DNA from: Octopus bimaculoides
Taxonomy: Eukaryota
Length of the DNA stretch: 64,000 bases
Direction: 5' to 3'
Assembly (NCBI RefSeq): GCF_001194135.2
Contig: NC_068982.1
Coordinates: 1,130,659-1,194,658 of the forward strand
This document shows, piece by piece, positions 13,396 to 25,700 of the stretch. The translations under genes were made by a program, and so were the position numbers. A model generated the notes under the pieces. That model worked only from the letters and a program-made list of their open reading frames with translations. It made no database searches and was not told where the DNA came from. The number at the start of each line of letters is the position of its first letter. Position 1 is the first letter of the stretch.

Positions 13396-14759
13396 ATGAC
13401 ATTCTCCATGAAGTTCTTTAACATTAATCCAACAAATGCATTGAAAGATATCAATATTGTCATCATAAAGTACTCCGCATACACTTCAGATATTGCCATT
13501 CAGTTTTTGGTTCTTAAAGAAAATTTTTTTTCTGAAGGGCTTATCGATGTCCATCATAACATTTCCCGAGATTCGATAGTTGTCTTAATATCTATGACGA
13601 AAGATCAAAAAAGTGAATTTTCTGTCTGCGATTAAATCAACGCATGTAGACACTTGATCCCACATGTCAAAGCATTGACTTTGGTCCACTGAAGTACCTT
13701 TGAGTGACGCCCAATTCTGCACATTCTAATTCACCTAGAATTCAACTTTGGAATTCCAAACATTTGTTGCTTTGCTATTTACCCCTGTTTTTTCCTTTTT
13801 GATTTCTTTGGTTATTTAGTAAATTAGTTCTTTTCTTTTTTGTTGTAAAGTTGCCAGATAGGAACTATGACTAGTTACTTATTGCCAAGAAACTCTAATT
13901 ATGGCTGGGAACCGCACGTTGATGCAGCTGAGTAAATAAAAGCTACCGCTTCAGCCGTTATAAAAGGTTTCAGTAAAAGCGAACACAGTATGTCGGATAA
14001 TAAATTAGAATATCATTCTCAGCAAACAATAACGAATATACATACGCGCGCGCGCGTATGTGTGTATGTATGTATGTATGTATGTCTGTGTATATATATA
14101 TGTGTGTGTGTATATATGTGTATATATGTATATCTGTGCGGGTGCATATATAACCAGACACATATTTATATGATGACATTAGTATGCTTGATAGATGCTT
14201 TTTGTTATTAATATGGCGAATACTACCTCAAGAGGAGAGCTGATAACAAACACGTCTCCAATTTCGATTGCGATTGCCGACTCTACTTTCCAAAAGCACG
14301 GCGGAAAAATTTGTATAGTTAGAACTACGAATTTCTAAGAATATATGCGTGCGCGTGTTTATATGACAGTATTTATATATGTACACCTGTCTTCCTTTTC
14401 TTATCACTCGCTTTCACACATACTCTCTCTCTGTCTCCCCACTCACACTCACACACATATATATAGTCTTTTATGGAAGCTGAAAAACTTCAGACTTTCT
14501 CTCAGCTTTCCTTAGGCAATCACCTGACAGTCATGAATATTCAAAGCAATATTGTTGTTTATAAGTATTTTTGTATAAATATCAATTGAATAAGTACCAA
14601 ATGTACTGGGATCAATGCAGCCAGAATCAACACGTCAAACGCACGCACGCGCGCACATATTTCTTTATTTGCATGAACGCATGTATTTATGTACATATGT
14701 ATGTATGTGTATGCATGTAATAAATAACAGGATTTTATTCACCTTCGAGCTGTGCGGAT

Positions 14760-14985
14760 AATACCGGAGGGACTTGGTGTTTCAACTTCGGCATTCGCCG
14801 TTATAGAACGCTAGCCACTACACATTCTTCATTTCTCTCCTTGTTTCTTTCTGTGTTCCTTTCTGTGGAAGAGCGTAGGCTCGAAACGTTAAAGACTTTT
14901 TCACTTCCCGAGCGTTAAACTAAGACATCTGTTTGTTGTCTACACCACCTGTCTTCGTCTTGTTTCTTTTTTGTGAATTCTCCCT
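14760..14985 (+). repeat. Interspersed repeat carrying a hammerhead-like motif; second copy at about 45781-45900 (-)
   Basis: gcgtaggctcgaaacgt..aaagacttt...gagcgt.aaactaa.aca.ctg.ttgttgt is shared between the two loci in opposite orientation. Confidence 0.8.
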
Positions 14986-14990
14986 ATATG

Positions 14991-15038
<48 letters not shown>

Positions 15039-15079
15039 NNNNNNNNNNNNNNNNNNNNNNNNNNNNNNNNNNNNNNNNN

Positions 15080-15126
<47 letters not shown>

Positions 15127-15499
15127 TGTATGTATATGCATAGGATTAAAATTAAGGTTTTTTTCCAAAATTATCACAATAAGAAAAACTAGATATAAAA
15201 ATGCAGCACTCGGAAATTACAGATTCTCCAATAAAATGACACGGGAAACCCACGAGTGTCCATAGAACGGGAAAAGAATAGATTGTAATAGAATCTATAT
15301 TTAATGTAGCAATATGAATTAATATATCTAGGGAATTACTTAATTGTTAAAAGATTAATATTTTTTTATTAGGATATAAGTTGGGTAAGGTATTATATAC
15401 GAACTGAGTTAATTAAGGATAACTATTCAGCTTATAAGAATTTTGTTTGTCGAATCAGATGCAGCATCGCTGATTGGATCAGAGGCGAGTAGTTGGCCA

Positions 15500-15705
15500 A
15501 CGCCAGTCATGTGACACCAGAATTCGTGAGAATTGTCCACTAGATGTTAACTGTTTGGCAAAGTCGATAATAGACTGCACTGAATTAGAAATAGACAACA
15601 GAAACGAGCCTAAGACATATTTTGGGGCCACTGAATTAACATTGACATACCAATTTTATAAACACAAACTTTCATTTGGCATCCCTGATATGAGGGTTTT
15701 ATGGC
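15500..15705 (+). mobile_element. Penelope-like GIY-YIG fragment
   Basis: ORF 15474-15866 contains RENCPLDVNCLAKSII...KTYFGATE...HKLSF, matching the PLE CPLxGxCL...Y(I/F)GxTE...HKxSF pattern. Confidence 0.7.
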
Positions 15706-16257
15706 TTTGGGGAGATTTGTATCCTGCAGTTGTCAAGTTAGTCCTCAAATTCAAAATTACCGGTTGCAGAAAAGGTACCACGTTACGGAAATGTCAGCTA
15801 CAAATGAAAAAAAAAAGCATCGTGCGTGACCTTTATCTGAATGAAATATTAAAACATTTTCTGTAAAGGAAGTAAGTTTGAAGAAAAGAACAAAAATGTA
15901 AGCACTTCGTGTGGATGGGAGCTAAGTACGACTGACGCATGCGCCAGTGTCCTTGATTTTTGATTTGGTTCGGCGATAAAAAAAAAAAAGTATTTTCTAA
16001 AAAAAAAAAGAAAACTGATGTTAATTCAAATTGACTTTAACGACAACACAGTAACCTAAGAGAAGGACAGTTCTGTGAATTACCTATCTTCTATGACATT
16101 TTGAATCAGCGTGTAATAAGTTTAAAAAAATTTTTTTTTAATACGTTTGGAGTTAGAAATGAAATAAAAACGTGAGGCTGTAACCAATGTTTTTAAACTT
16201 ATTGCTAGCATGGTTTCAAAAAGTACATAAAGATAACAATTTTCTCGATAGCATTGA

Positions 16258-16842
16258 TATAATATTTCAGAGTATATTCAAACATCAAATATTTCAACAG
16301 AAAATAGGCTTGGCTTACCATTTGAAAGAGGGGGAACGTAAAACTCAAATTAGGTAAAAATACGGGAAGCATTGAGAGGAGAGAAACTGTGGAGTAAACA
16401 TGTTGTTAACCACTGAGTTATAAACCGGATTCCGGTTTGGATAGATTACCTGTCAGGAGTCTTAATTTTCTTTACAAAGTGAAACACCGTCTTCACCCAA
16501 TGACCCTGATGTGACGTGTAACAACCTACAAAACGTAGATATTGTCTCTCCCCCTCACTCTCTCACTCTGTTTGCCTAGTAAGTCATTATAATCCCATCT
16601 CTATACGAGACTTCCATTTATTAAAAATCTCTCGTTTGCTTAATACTTTTATCTTAATGAATTTTAGGTTAATTATTATTAATTCAGGAAGGTCAATTAC
16701 ATCAAAATGAAACAGATATAATAAACAAATTTCCGGCCGTAAATTGGTTGGCTGTGAGTACAACCAGAAATCATCAAATTAGACTTACTGAACTTTTCGG
16801 GTATCTTGCGTTCGGAGATAAAACATACTAAATAATAAACAT
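16258..16842 (+). repeat. Two-module repeat, copy 1 (A 16258-16560, B 16569-16842)
   Basis: Module A recurs directly at 19237-19690; module B recurs inverted at 19714-19980. Confidence 0.9.
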
Positions 16843-17000
16843 TCCTCCAATTTTTGATTGGAGATAATTGTAACGAATGAAATATTTGTCAAGATCATCT
16901 TACTCGGTGAATTTTTGGTGAAATACACAGAAAACAGTCACACACATACAACAAAGCACGTTCCACGTGCATACACTCCCATATACATGTGTGTGTACGT

Positions 17001-17033
<33 letters not shown>

Positions 17034-17370
17034 NNNNNNNNNNNNNNNNNNNNNNNNNNNNNNNNNNNNNNNNNNNNNNNNNNNNNNNNNNNNNNNNNNN
17101 NNNNNNNNNNNNNNNNNNNNNNNNNNNNNNNNNNNNNNNNNNNNNNNNNNNNNNNNNNNNNNNNNNNNNNNNNNNNNNNNNNNNNNNNNNNNNNNNNNNN
17201 NNNNNNNNNNNNNNNNNNNNNNNNNNNNNNNNNNNNNNNNNNNNNNNNNNNNNNNNNNNNNNNNNNNNNNNNNNNNNNNNNNNNNNNNNNNNNNNNNNNN
17301 NNNNNNNNNNNNNNNNNNNNNNNNNNNNNNNNNNNNNNNNNNNNNNNNNNNNNNNNNNNNNNNNNNNNNN

Positions 17371-17414
<44 letters not shown>

Positions 17415-17469
17415 GTGGAGTTGAGAAATTACTTGTAAGATTCATTAGAGTCTTGGCACATCAACACAT

Positions 17470-18860
17470 AGGACGCCCGAAGTCTGTAGGTACAATAACA
17501 GGATGCATATTGAGGTAAAACAACCAACCATGAATGTATCATGTGTTGGTAAGATACTGTATACATGTAAATACCAAAACCAATCTAAACAGTAGATCCG
17601 ACTTATGGCTGATCTTAGTTGTAGCATAGGTACAAAAAAGAACGCAAAGTTAAGGCACTCCAAATTTAATCTGTCTGGTGGGAGAGTGGACAGGAGTCGT
17701 TTGTATGTAGTCCTAAAGTTTAAGATGTTAGTTGTGTAGATTCCTCATGATAAGTAGCAGAATGTGTTTTGTGTGTGAATAGCTATTTGTGTATGTACTC
17801 TGTAAAAGTTTTAAAGTCTTGGTTTGTACTTTTGTATGAAAGTATTCTATTTGTTTATCTGTGCTTCATCTGTGGTATTCGCTGAACATAGGTAGAGTGG
17901 GAAGACTTGTAATGTGGGGGACTTATTTTTTGCACATATGTCTATGTGTTCACTCAGTGGAATCTGTCTGGTACTGGGGTCTCGTATTTGTTGTCAGTGA
18001 ATGGTTAGTCTATTTCTTAGAGTAAGCTTTATTTGACCTATGTAATCTTCATTACACCCATGACATTTCAAAGCGTATATTAAATTCTTTGAAGAACATG
18101 TAACGTAATTTTTTTCTGTAAAAGTTTGTCCTGATTTTAATTTGTATGTTGTGTCTTCAATAAAGTTGATGCAGGTCCCGCAATTGGGGCAGCCGCACTT
18201 TTTGATTGTTGGTTTGGGAATTGTGGAATGTAATTTAGCACTTGTGAGGAATTTTTTGAGAGACTTTGTCTTTTACGTTTGCTTATTTTGTCAATATTTC
18301 GAATGCTTGTTTCATTATTGGGTCTTGTTTTAGTAGTGGGATGTTCTGGTGGATAATATCGTAAACGTCTGTGTTTCTTGGGCTGTGTGTTGTAATAAAG
18401 CGTAGATTATTGGATGCATCTAGGGCGTTTTCCCTTTTTTGTAGTTCTGCGATATTTATTGCTTTGGCACGTTCTATTCCGTTGTCTGTTGGCATTAATG
18501 GATATTGTCTTTTAAGTAGTACTTGCTTTAGTTCCTGGGGTCTTTTACTGCTAGATTCAAGCTTTGAGACAAGTGTGCAGATTCTTCTTGTTAGATTAAA
18601 GGGGATATTATTATTCTTGTGTTTAGGATGGCATGAGGAAAACAGTAAGTACTGTTCAGAATCTGTTTGTTTGTAGTGAATATGTTTCAATGATTTTATC
18701 TCTTTTGATGATTAATATATCCAAGAATGGTAGTTGAGTTTCTTACTGTATTCCATGGTAAAGTTAATATTATTGTTTATGCTATAGATTAGATTTTTGA
18801 AATATATAAGTTATTTTCAAATGTGTTTGTCCATAGAATTATACAGTCACAAAAATTTAT
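17470..18860 (-). mobile_element. Penelope-like element: RT C-terminal half plus GIY-YIG endonuclease, degraded
   Basis: Minus-strand peptides: DCIILWTN (RT DD region), LPFLDILI, HYKQTDSEQYLLFSSCHPKH..NIPFNLTRRIC, CGCPNCGTC, DYIGQ (18047-18033) and IQKYKPRL. Stops and frameshifts are present. Confidence 0.88.
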
Positions 18861-19112
18861 AAGACCAGTTATGCGACTATCTTATACCAATCAAATCCTA
18901 TTCAAAACATGTACTAATTTAAGCCTGAACTCCCTATAAAAATAGGACAAGCTTCAAATACTAGTCAGAAGCAAGACAGCTGCGACACAGACCACGTCTT
19001 TCTACTTGAACTATTTGAAAATCAGTGTAAACTGTGAAACCGGATAACGCTTTAGATATATTAATAAAAAATATTTTTATCTATTCTCAGTGCATTTTCA
19101 ACTTCTAATTTT

Positions 19113-19145
<33 letters not shown>

Positions 19146-19236
19146 NNNNNNNNNNGAGAGAGAGAGAGAGAGAGAGAGAGAAGGAAAGGCTCACAACAAG
19201 AACACAAAGACAAATGGAACACATCACACGAACAAT

Positions 19237-19980
19237 TATAATATTTCAGAGTATATTCAAACATCAAATATTTCAACAGAAAATAGAGGTTTGGCTTGCC
19301 ATTAGAAAGAGGGAAAACGTAAAACTCAAATTATGTAAACATATGGGATGCATTGAGAGGAGAGAAGCCCTGGAGTAAACACGTTGTTAACTACTGAGAG
19401 ATAAACCGGATTCCGGTTTGGATGGATTACATTACTGCTCGACTTTCACATACATTTTACACTCATCTATACTAAGTCCCGATCACTCGCTTGCGAATAA
19501 CAAACCCGTGCTTCTCGTAACAACGATATCATCGAACCAAATGCATCCACGTTCGTTTTCCGAAGTTAATACCAAGAGTCTTAATTTTCTCTAAAAGTGA
19601 AACACTGTCTTCAGTCGATGAACCTGATGTGACATGTAACAATCTACAAATCGCACATACTGACTCTCCTCTCATTCGCTCCTTCTCTCTCTCTTTCTTC
19701 CTCTCTGTCTCTGATGTTTATTATTTAATATATTTTTTATCAACCGAACAAAAGAGACTCAAAACGTTCAAATAAGTCCAATTTGATGATTTCTGGTTGT
19801 ACGCACAGCCGACCAATTTACGACCGGAAATTTGTTTATTATCTCGGTATAATTTTGATGTAATGATCCTAACTGAATTAATAATAATTAAGCTAAAATT
19901 ATTAAGCAAATGAGAGATTTTTAATAAATGGAAGTCTAGTGTAGAGATGGGATTATAATGACTTGCTCGACACACAAACA
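19237..19980 (+). repeat. Two-module repeat, copy 2 (A with an extra internal segment of about 145 bp, B inverted)
   Basis: The start tataatatttcagagtatattcaaacatc is shared; the reverse complement of 19714-19980 aligns with 16569-16842. Confidence 0.9.
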
Positions 19981-20269
19981 ATTTTCCTTTCTTCAAATGC
20001 TGAAGTATCTGAACCAAGCAATATACGGTTTCAGCGTTGGGGAGTTCCGTCTCTCCTTAGTTTTCGCTACCAACACTTGATTCGGTTGATAAGCATTGAT
20101 TCAATGAAAAGCAGACAAAGACGGACTGAGGAAATAGTGATAAATGGATTGAGGTGGGACAGAAACAACATCAGAAACTAAATAACAGAATAAGAATAAT
20201 TACGAAATGTTTGAAACCATAAAACAGTCTGGATAAATTGATGCATATAAGAAAAAAACGAGAAACAGA

Positions 20270-20632
20270 TGTAGGGTGCGCCACCTTTAGTCGAGCTAAT
20301 CGACCCCAGGACTTATTCTTTGGAAGCCTAGTACTTATTCTATCCGTCTCTTTTGCCAAATCGCTAATTTCGTGGACGTAAACACACCAGCATCGGTTGT
20401 CAAGCGATGTTGGTGGGAAAAACAGACACACAAACATATACACACACATACATATATATATACATATACGACGGGCTTCTTACAGTTTCCGTCTACCAAA
20501 TCCACTCACAAGGCTTTGGTCGGCTTGAGGTCATAAGTAGGAGGCACTTGCCCAAGGTGCCACACAGTGGGACTGAACCCGGAACAATGTGGTTGGTAAG
20601 CAAGCTACTTACCCACACTGCCACTCCTGCGC
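20270..20632 (-). mobile_element. tRNA-derived SINE family 2 (CORE-like CCTTGGGCAAGTG domain, internal microsatellite), near full length
   Basis: Minus strand: gtgtgggtaagtagcttgc...gggttcagtcccactgtgtggcaccttgggcaagtg...cgcttgacaaccgatgctggtgtg...ctggggtcgat. Confidence 0.9.
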
Positions 20633-22224
20633 CTATATACATACATATCCAAGAAAGACCATGCGTGGATATGTTTCTTGTAGACTTCAAGAAGAGAGCA
20701 ACATTGACATGAAGCGAAGCCTCTCTTGGACTCGGGGCTGCTACATCACACTTTGAAGGCTAGGCGTTTGCAATTCAACAACAAGTGATTGCCACTAAAT
20801 ACCTAATAAGATACTTAGATACGTTTTTGCCAGATCTGGCTCAAGTCATTTCTAACTACCTGGAAAAGATATATGATGTTGTTTCGTATTTTGCAGTCAT
20901 TGTTTGGGTAACAACCCATTCGTGTAAGGAGTTACTGTTTGCAGGGGTTTGTGGATATAGCTAGCATCCAGTATTTTCCTCCTGACATTAGCTAAAGGGA
21001 ATGCAGTTGATGTCCGCACTGCTTCAGGATCCTAACAGGGGCCTGCAGTTGAGTTGTGTATAATTTTGTTAATAGCTGCCATGAAATCCGGGCACCAAAT
21101 AATGTGTCGGATAAGTTGTGGATTTGTTTCATAGATGCTAGCCAAATGAACCAAGTTCTGAGAGTAGAGCAGTATTGTTTCTGTATAATCTCAGACGTAT
21201 CTTCTGCACCACTATGCACTGTGTGGTCTTCATCAATCAGAGATCCGATAGATGTATTGTATAGTTTTGTATATTGTATATTTAGAGCTCCACGTAGATG
21301 ATCATTTTCCAGTCTGCTTCCAGTATTGTGGTTAAATAACTAATATACTAAGTCACGTTAGTAGTGTGTATGCACGCGCGCGCTTGTATAGGTAGATACT
21401 TATACAAGGGTGTGTACCTGTACACTCGCGCGCGCGTGTATAGGTGCACACACACACACACACATATATATGCATGCGCACGCACACACGCATGCTTGTA
21501 TGTGCATTTGAGTATGTATCGGTGCTTCTATTTCAATTGTTTCTACCTGCTTTATTCAACATTCCTAATGTTTTATTGACGAGTCAACTGAAAAAAATGA
21601 AAGACCGAAATGACTCAATAATTTGCTTTGCAGATAGTTTTTTTAGAAACTGATAAATAATTGTTAATCGCTTTCAAGAAGTATCTTGTTTACATATCAG
21701 ATCACACTGCACACATATTAATAATGATGAATTATTGTAATCTATGGCTGTACGAGAATGATAAGCATTTCAATATTTGACATTCCACAATTACTAGGTT
21801 TGTCCGATGGGTGTTTAACGCAAATAACATCCATTATGTGATGCTGGGGTGTGTATTATCTGGGAAATCAAGATTAGCCGACAAATACAAAAATATTTCC
21901 CTGTGGAAATAATAACAGCCTTGTTATTGACTTTCTGACAACAGATTTGAGGAACTCTTCAGTTGATTGCTGCAGATGTGAATGATCCCTCGTAGGAACT
22001 ATATAAATATTTAACTATTATCTACATCAAAATATTCATATATACACAAACATACACACACGCACGGACATCTGAGAGGTTAAGAAGTTTAGCCTGCAAC
22101 AATAAGTCCCTTAGTTCAATCTGTGCGACTAAATTTGGGTTGGCAGATATTGGAGAAGGCCATCGGTAATTCAAGATCCAGCCTTTTCACATTTGTATCA
22201 CATTTATCTATTTGTTTACCATTA

Positions 22225-22392
22225 TTAATTCCAAATTTTGGCACAAGGCCAGCAATTCTGGGGTGGGGGGAGTCGATTTCATCGACCCCGAGAGGATGAA
22301 AGGCAAAATCGACCTCGGTGGAATTTGAACTGAGAACGTAATAACGAGCGAAATGCTGCAAAGCATTTCGCCCAGCGTGCCAACGATTTTCA
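22225..22392 (-). mobile_element. SINE family 1 copy
   Basis: ggatgaaaggcaaaatcgacctcggtggaatttgaact. Confidence 0.85.
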
Positions 22393-22484
22393 CAGATCTC
22401 TGACTTAATTATTTATAAACGTTACTGCTGTTATTGTTAATGTCGTGTGTACATACACATACGTAAATGTATATTTTAAGTGTA

Positions 22485-22530
<46 letters not shown>

Positions 22531-22556
22531 GTATATATAAAATATATGTATGTATG

Positions 22557-23520
22557 TCATTATTAAGTTTTATTTCAAGATTTCTTGCCAACAGAGAAAG
22601 AACCGGTTTCTAACCTAGCTCCAAAGTTCCTTCACTGGAATTTCAACGTCAAGAACAGGGTATTTTTGTTTGTTTGTATGTATTTATGTACGTATGTATG
22701 TACGTACGTAGGCATATATGTATGTACGTAGACATGTAGGTATGTATGAATGTACGTGCGTACAGACTTGTATGTTTTATGTATGAATTCTCATGCATAT
22801 AGTTACATATCTAGACATGCTCATATATATTTAAATGATAAACTTCCGGAAAGTTTTACAGATTTTTACAGTTCTAGTGATGGATTGGATCTGTAGTCTT
22901 CGAATCCGCTTTCTCCTTTCTGGTTTTGAGAAACCTAATTTCTCAAGATTGGTATTTAGGCAGTGTGTTACAGATCCAAGAGCCCCAATAGTTACAAGTA
23001 TAAACCTGAACTTGTAATCTGGGTAGTTCAGCGTAGGTATTTTCTTTTTCACTAATCTACAGCTTTGTGTTAACATCCGCTGGGCAGCTAATTTCCGCAA
23101 CGGTACAAAGTTTCTCTTCTCTATTCTGAATCAGCATATCAGGTCTGTTGTGCTTACATTTCATTGAGGTCTTCACTGGGACATTCCACCAGTACTCCTT
23201 TATATTACGAGTGACTATGGCTTCTACCGTACTGTTAGGTCTTATTTCTTTATCCTCGAGGCTATCCTTCCAACAAATTTCATTACAGAGCGTCCTAGCT
23301 ACATGTCTCATCGGCAGATAATACTGTGATGACGTTTTCAAACAACTGCTTACGATGTGGGGTATATCTTCAGTGTTAATTCCATAAAGTCTGCATCGGA
23401 TGGACTTCGACACCTGGTCGTTAAAAGATGTTGCCGAAGGGATATGATACGACATTCACAGACATTTTGGATCGATGTGAAGCCTCTGCCGCCTTGTTTT
23501 TGTTTTAGATAGAGCCTTCC
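22557..23520 (-). mobile_element. R4/Dong-type LINE 3' part with an internal deletion, including the 3' UTR
   Basis: QGGRGFTSIQ is joined directly to CRLYGINTEDIPHIVSSC, then HNRPDML...EISCP (PD-(D/E)xK nuclease) and IGALG. The stop is near 22831. The 3' UTR contains a (CATA)n-like tract and ends at AATAATGA. Confidence 0.88.
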
Positions 23521-25229
23521 TGTACGTATGTGTATATAGATATATGTGAGTGAGTATGTGTGTGTATGTTTATACTTGAAATAAACACGGGAGCTGCTTT
23601 TCCTCTGCACAAACTACAGAGGCTACATTGAGATGTTTCAAGTTTTTCTCCTAATTCTGACTAAAGCTATTACACTGTTTGATAGCCTTCAGCCTCTTCC
23701 GAGGATATCTCATGGAAGACATTCCATCTTACAAACTCAGTACATATCTGCAATTAGAAGCACACATTTGGCAGACTGCATCCTGGTCTCTCGTTTGAAC
23801 CGTAAAAAACGACGGAACAGAATCACGTCTCTTTTACTTAGATGTGATCCAGTGTCTGACTGTTTAGTAATTGCACGATTGATTGCGTATTTGAGGTTGT
23901 CGATATGTTCACATGCACCTCGTGGCGACTAAACTGATTTGAGGGCCGCAATAATACTTAATCTAAACTTACTGAACACTTACGTAACCAATTAGAGAAA
24001 TGAGAGAAACAAATATTTAGGAAACAATTGCGCAGTTTAGAATGAGGTTTATATTTCATTTCATACTCTTGAAACGTAACAAGATACAACAGAAAATAGA
24101 AAATTGATTTCTGAATTGACCGAAACGTTTTTGTATGGAATCCGAAATATCCTTACTTTGCATATTTTTCTTTACTTAACTGGTCATAATTTGAAATGTT
24201 CTTGTTAAAATACTTTGAAATGAGTAATTTCCTAACTACAAGTCAACACATGGATTTTAAGTTAGCTGAACTCTGGTTAAATAGTGAATCAAATGCTTTG
24301 AAAAATATTTTATTGGTTTTGGTGAAAACTATTTCCTTAGATGTTTTCTAAAATAAATGTCAGATACACACGCACGCACATACACATTCCGTATATCAGT
24401 GAAAGCATTCGACGAAATCGTTTGGTCTAAATCAGATATAAGCAGTGAAGTTTTCTGGGATTCTTAATTTTCATCACGTGTAAATTAAAGAATGTAAAAT
24501 TACTAATCTTTAGCAGAAACGTACCAATGTCTCTGCACTTGGTAAACAGATTTTAATAGAATTCTCAGTGGGAGAAAACCAGTTTATTTGAGGTGATTTT
24601 CTAAGAAGAATTGATAATTGTTTCCAAAATGGAATATACATATAGTGGACAGACAGAAAAGTAATTTCTACAGTAGACATGAAGTGAAGGGCCATTTCCT
24701 GAGCATTCTGATTTAATGTAAAATAACGAATCGCTGAAATAGAATTCTATTTTCCTTTTTACAATATCTTCTAAATTCAACTCGCTTGCAAACAAATACA
24801 TTTTTTTTTGCTTTCTCCAAAACAATACCTCATCGTAAGTTTAATCAGTGTGTTGAAAGCTGAATTCCTGTAAAATATAGTACATACATTTATGGCTTAA
24901 CACACAAAAAGAAAAAATCTTGTTGAAATCAATGCTTCTCACACAAATAGAGATAATGTAGTTATCAAGATATAAAATGTTTCTTCATCACAAAACGGTT
25001 TTTATGAGTGTGCATAACACTTTAATGAGGGGATGTGCTTTTCGTCTGATAAGTGTGTGTTACAGCAAGTATCACCAAGTTGTTAAAGAGTTCACTTCCT
25101 AGTTTTGACTTTACTGCTTGGCAACTAAAGTGAATGGTTCTTACCATAAATTTCTAAGGGCCCAAACCTTATCAATCAAATTTAGTGAAGGGAAAACTGG
25201 GTCGATCCTTTTGGGTAGACTGTCTCTTA

Positions 25230-25700
25230 ACTAAAAGAACCAACACAGCCCATAATGGATATTGACATTCCTGTCTGTGCAATATTTCTAAAATAATATA
25301 CATCATAAATGTTCCACAAGGACAACCTCAATGAACTACCGAGTCGACGAAATGAAATGCAGGAATGGAACTCCATTGTACGAGGGTTAGAGTTTGTTGC
25401 CACACCAAACATGAGCCATCACAGTTCCTGAAAGAAGATGAAAGTTACTCTAACCACCCCAATATCTATTCAATGCTCTACAAAACTACTATAGCAGAAT
25501 ATTTCAAAACAGCCTTTCTCCCACACAGCGCAGCCACTTAAAAAAATTCTTGCACACAAAAATAGCTACGACATCAAGTGACTCATTCTCCGTAAACACT
25601 GTGCTGGTGCGCACACCTATATAAGTGCAAAAGAAGATCAACTCTCAAACTTTCTCCTCCATGTTTTCTCCGCCATAGCCATCCGTCAGAATCTATGTGC
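25230..25700 (+). mobile_element. Possible degraded Penelope-like GIY-YIG fragment
   Basis: A CNISKIIYII-like segment followed by frameshifted coding-like text. Confidence 0.3.

Noticed and set aside
14214-14340. Short ORF with TNTSPISIAIAD, spaced like the GPCR TM2 motif TNxFLxSLAxAD
   Set aside because: No hydrophobic helix follows, the frame stops soon after, and there are no convincing splice sites.
19012-19048. Hammerhead-like relic beside the PLE (ttgaaaa-tcag..ctg-tgaaaccgga)
   Set aside because: Two core mismatches, no NUH and no helix I; too degenerate to call.
19596-19635. GAAAC-ACT-GTC-TTCA...TGAA-C-CTGATGT in module A, resembling a permuted hammerhead
   Set aside because: The core ends in T rather than A and helix II cannot be formed; the other copy pairs less well.
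20950-21340. Coding-like stretch on the minus strand
   Set aside because: Stops occur in all frames and I recognise no motif. It is probably a decayed retroelement but cannot be supported.
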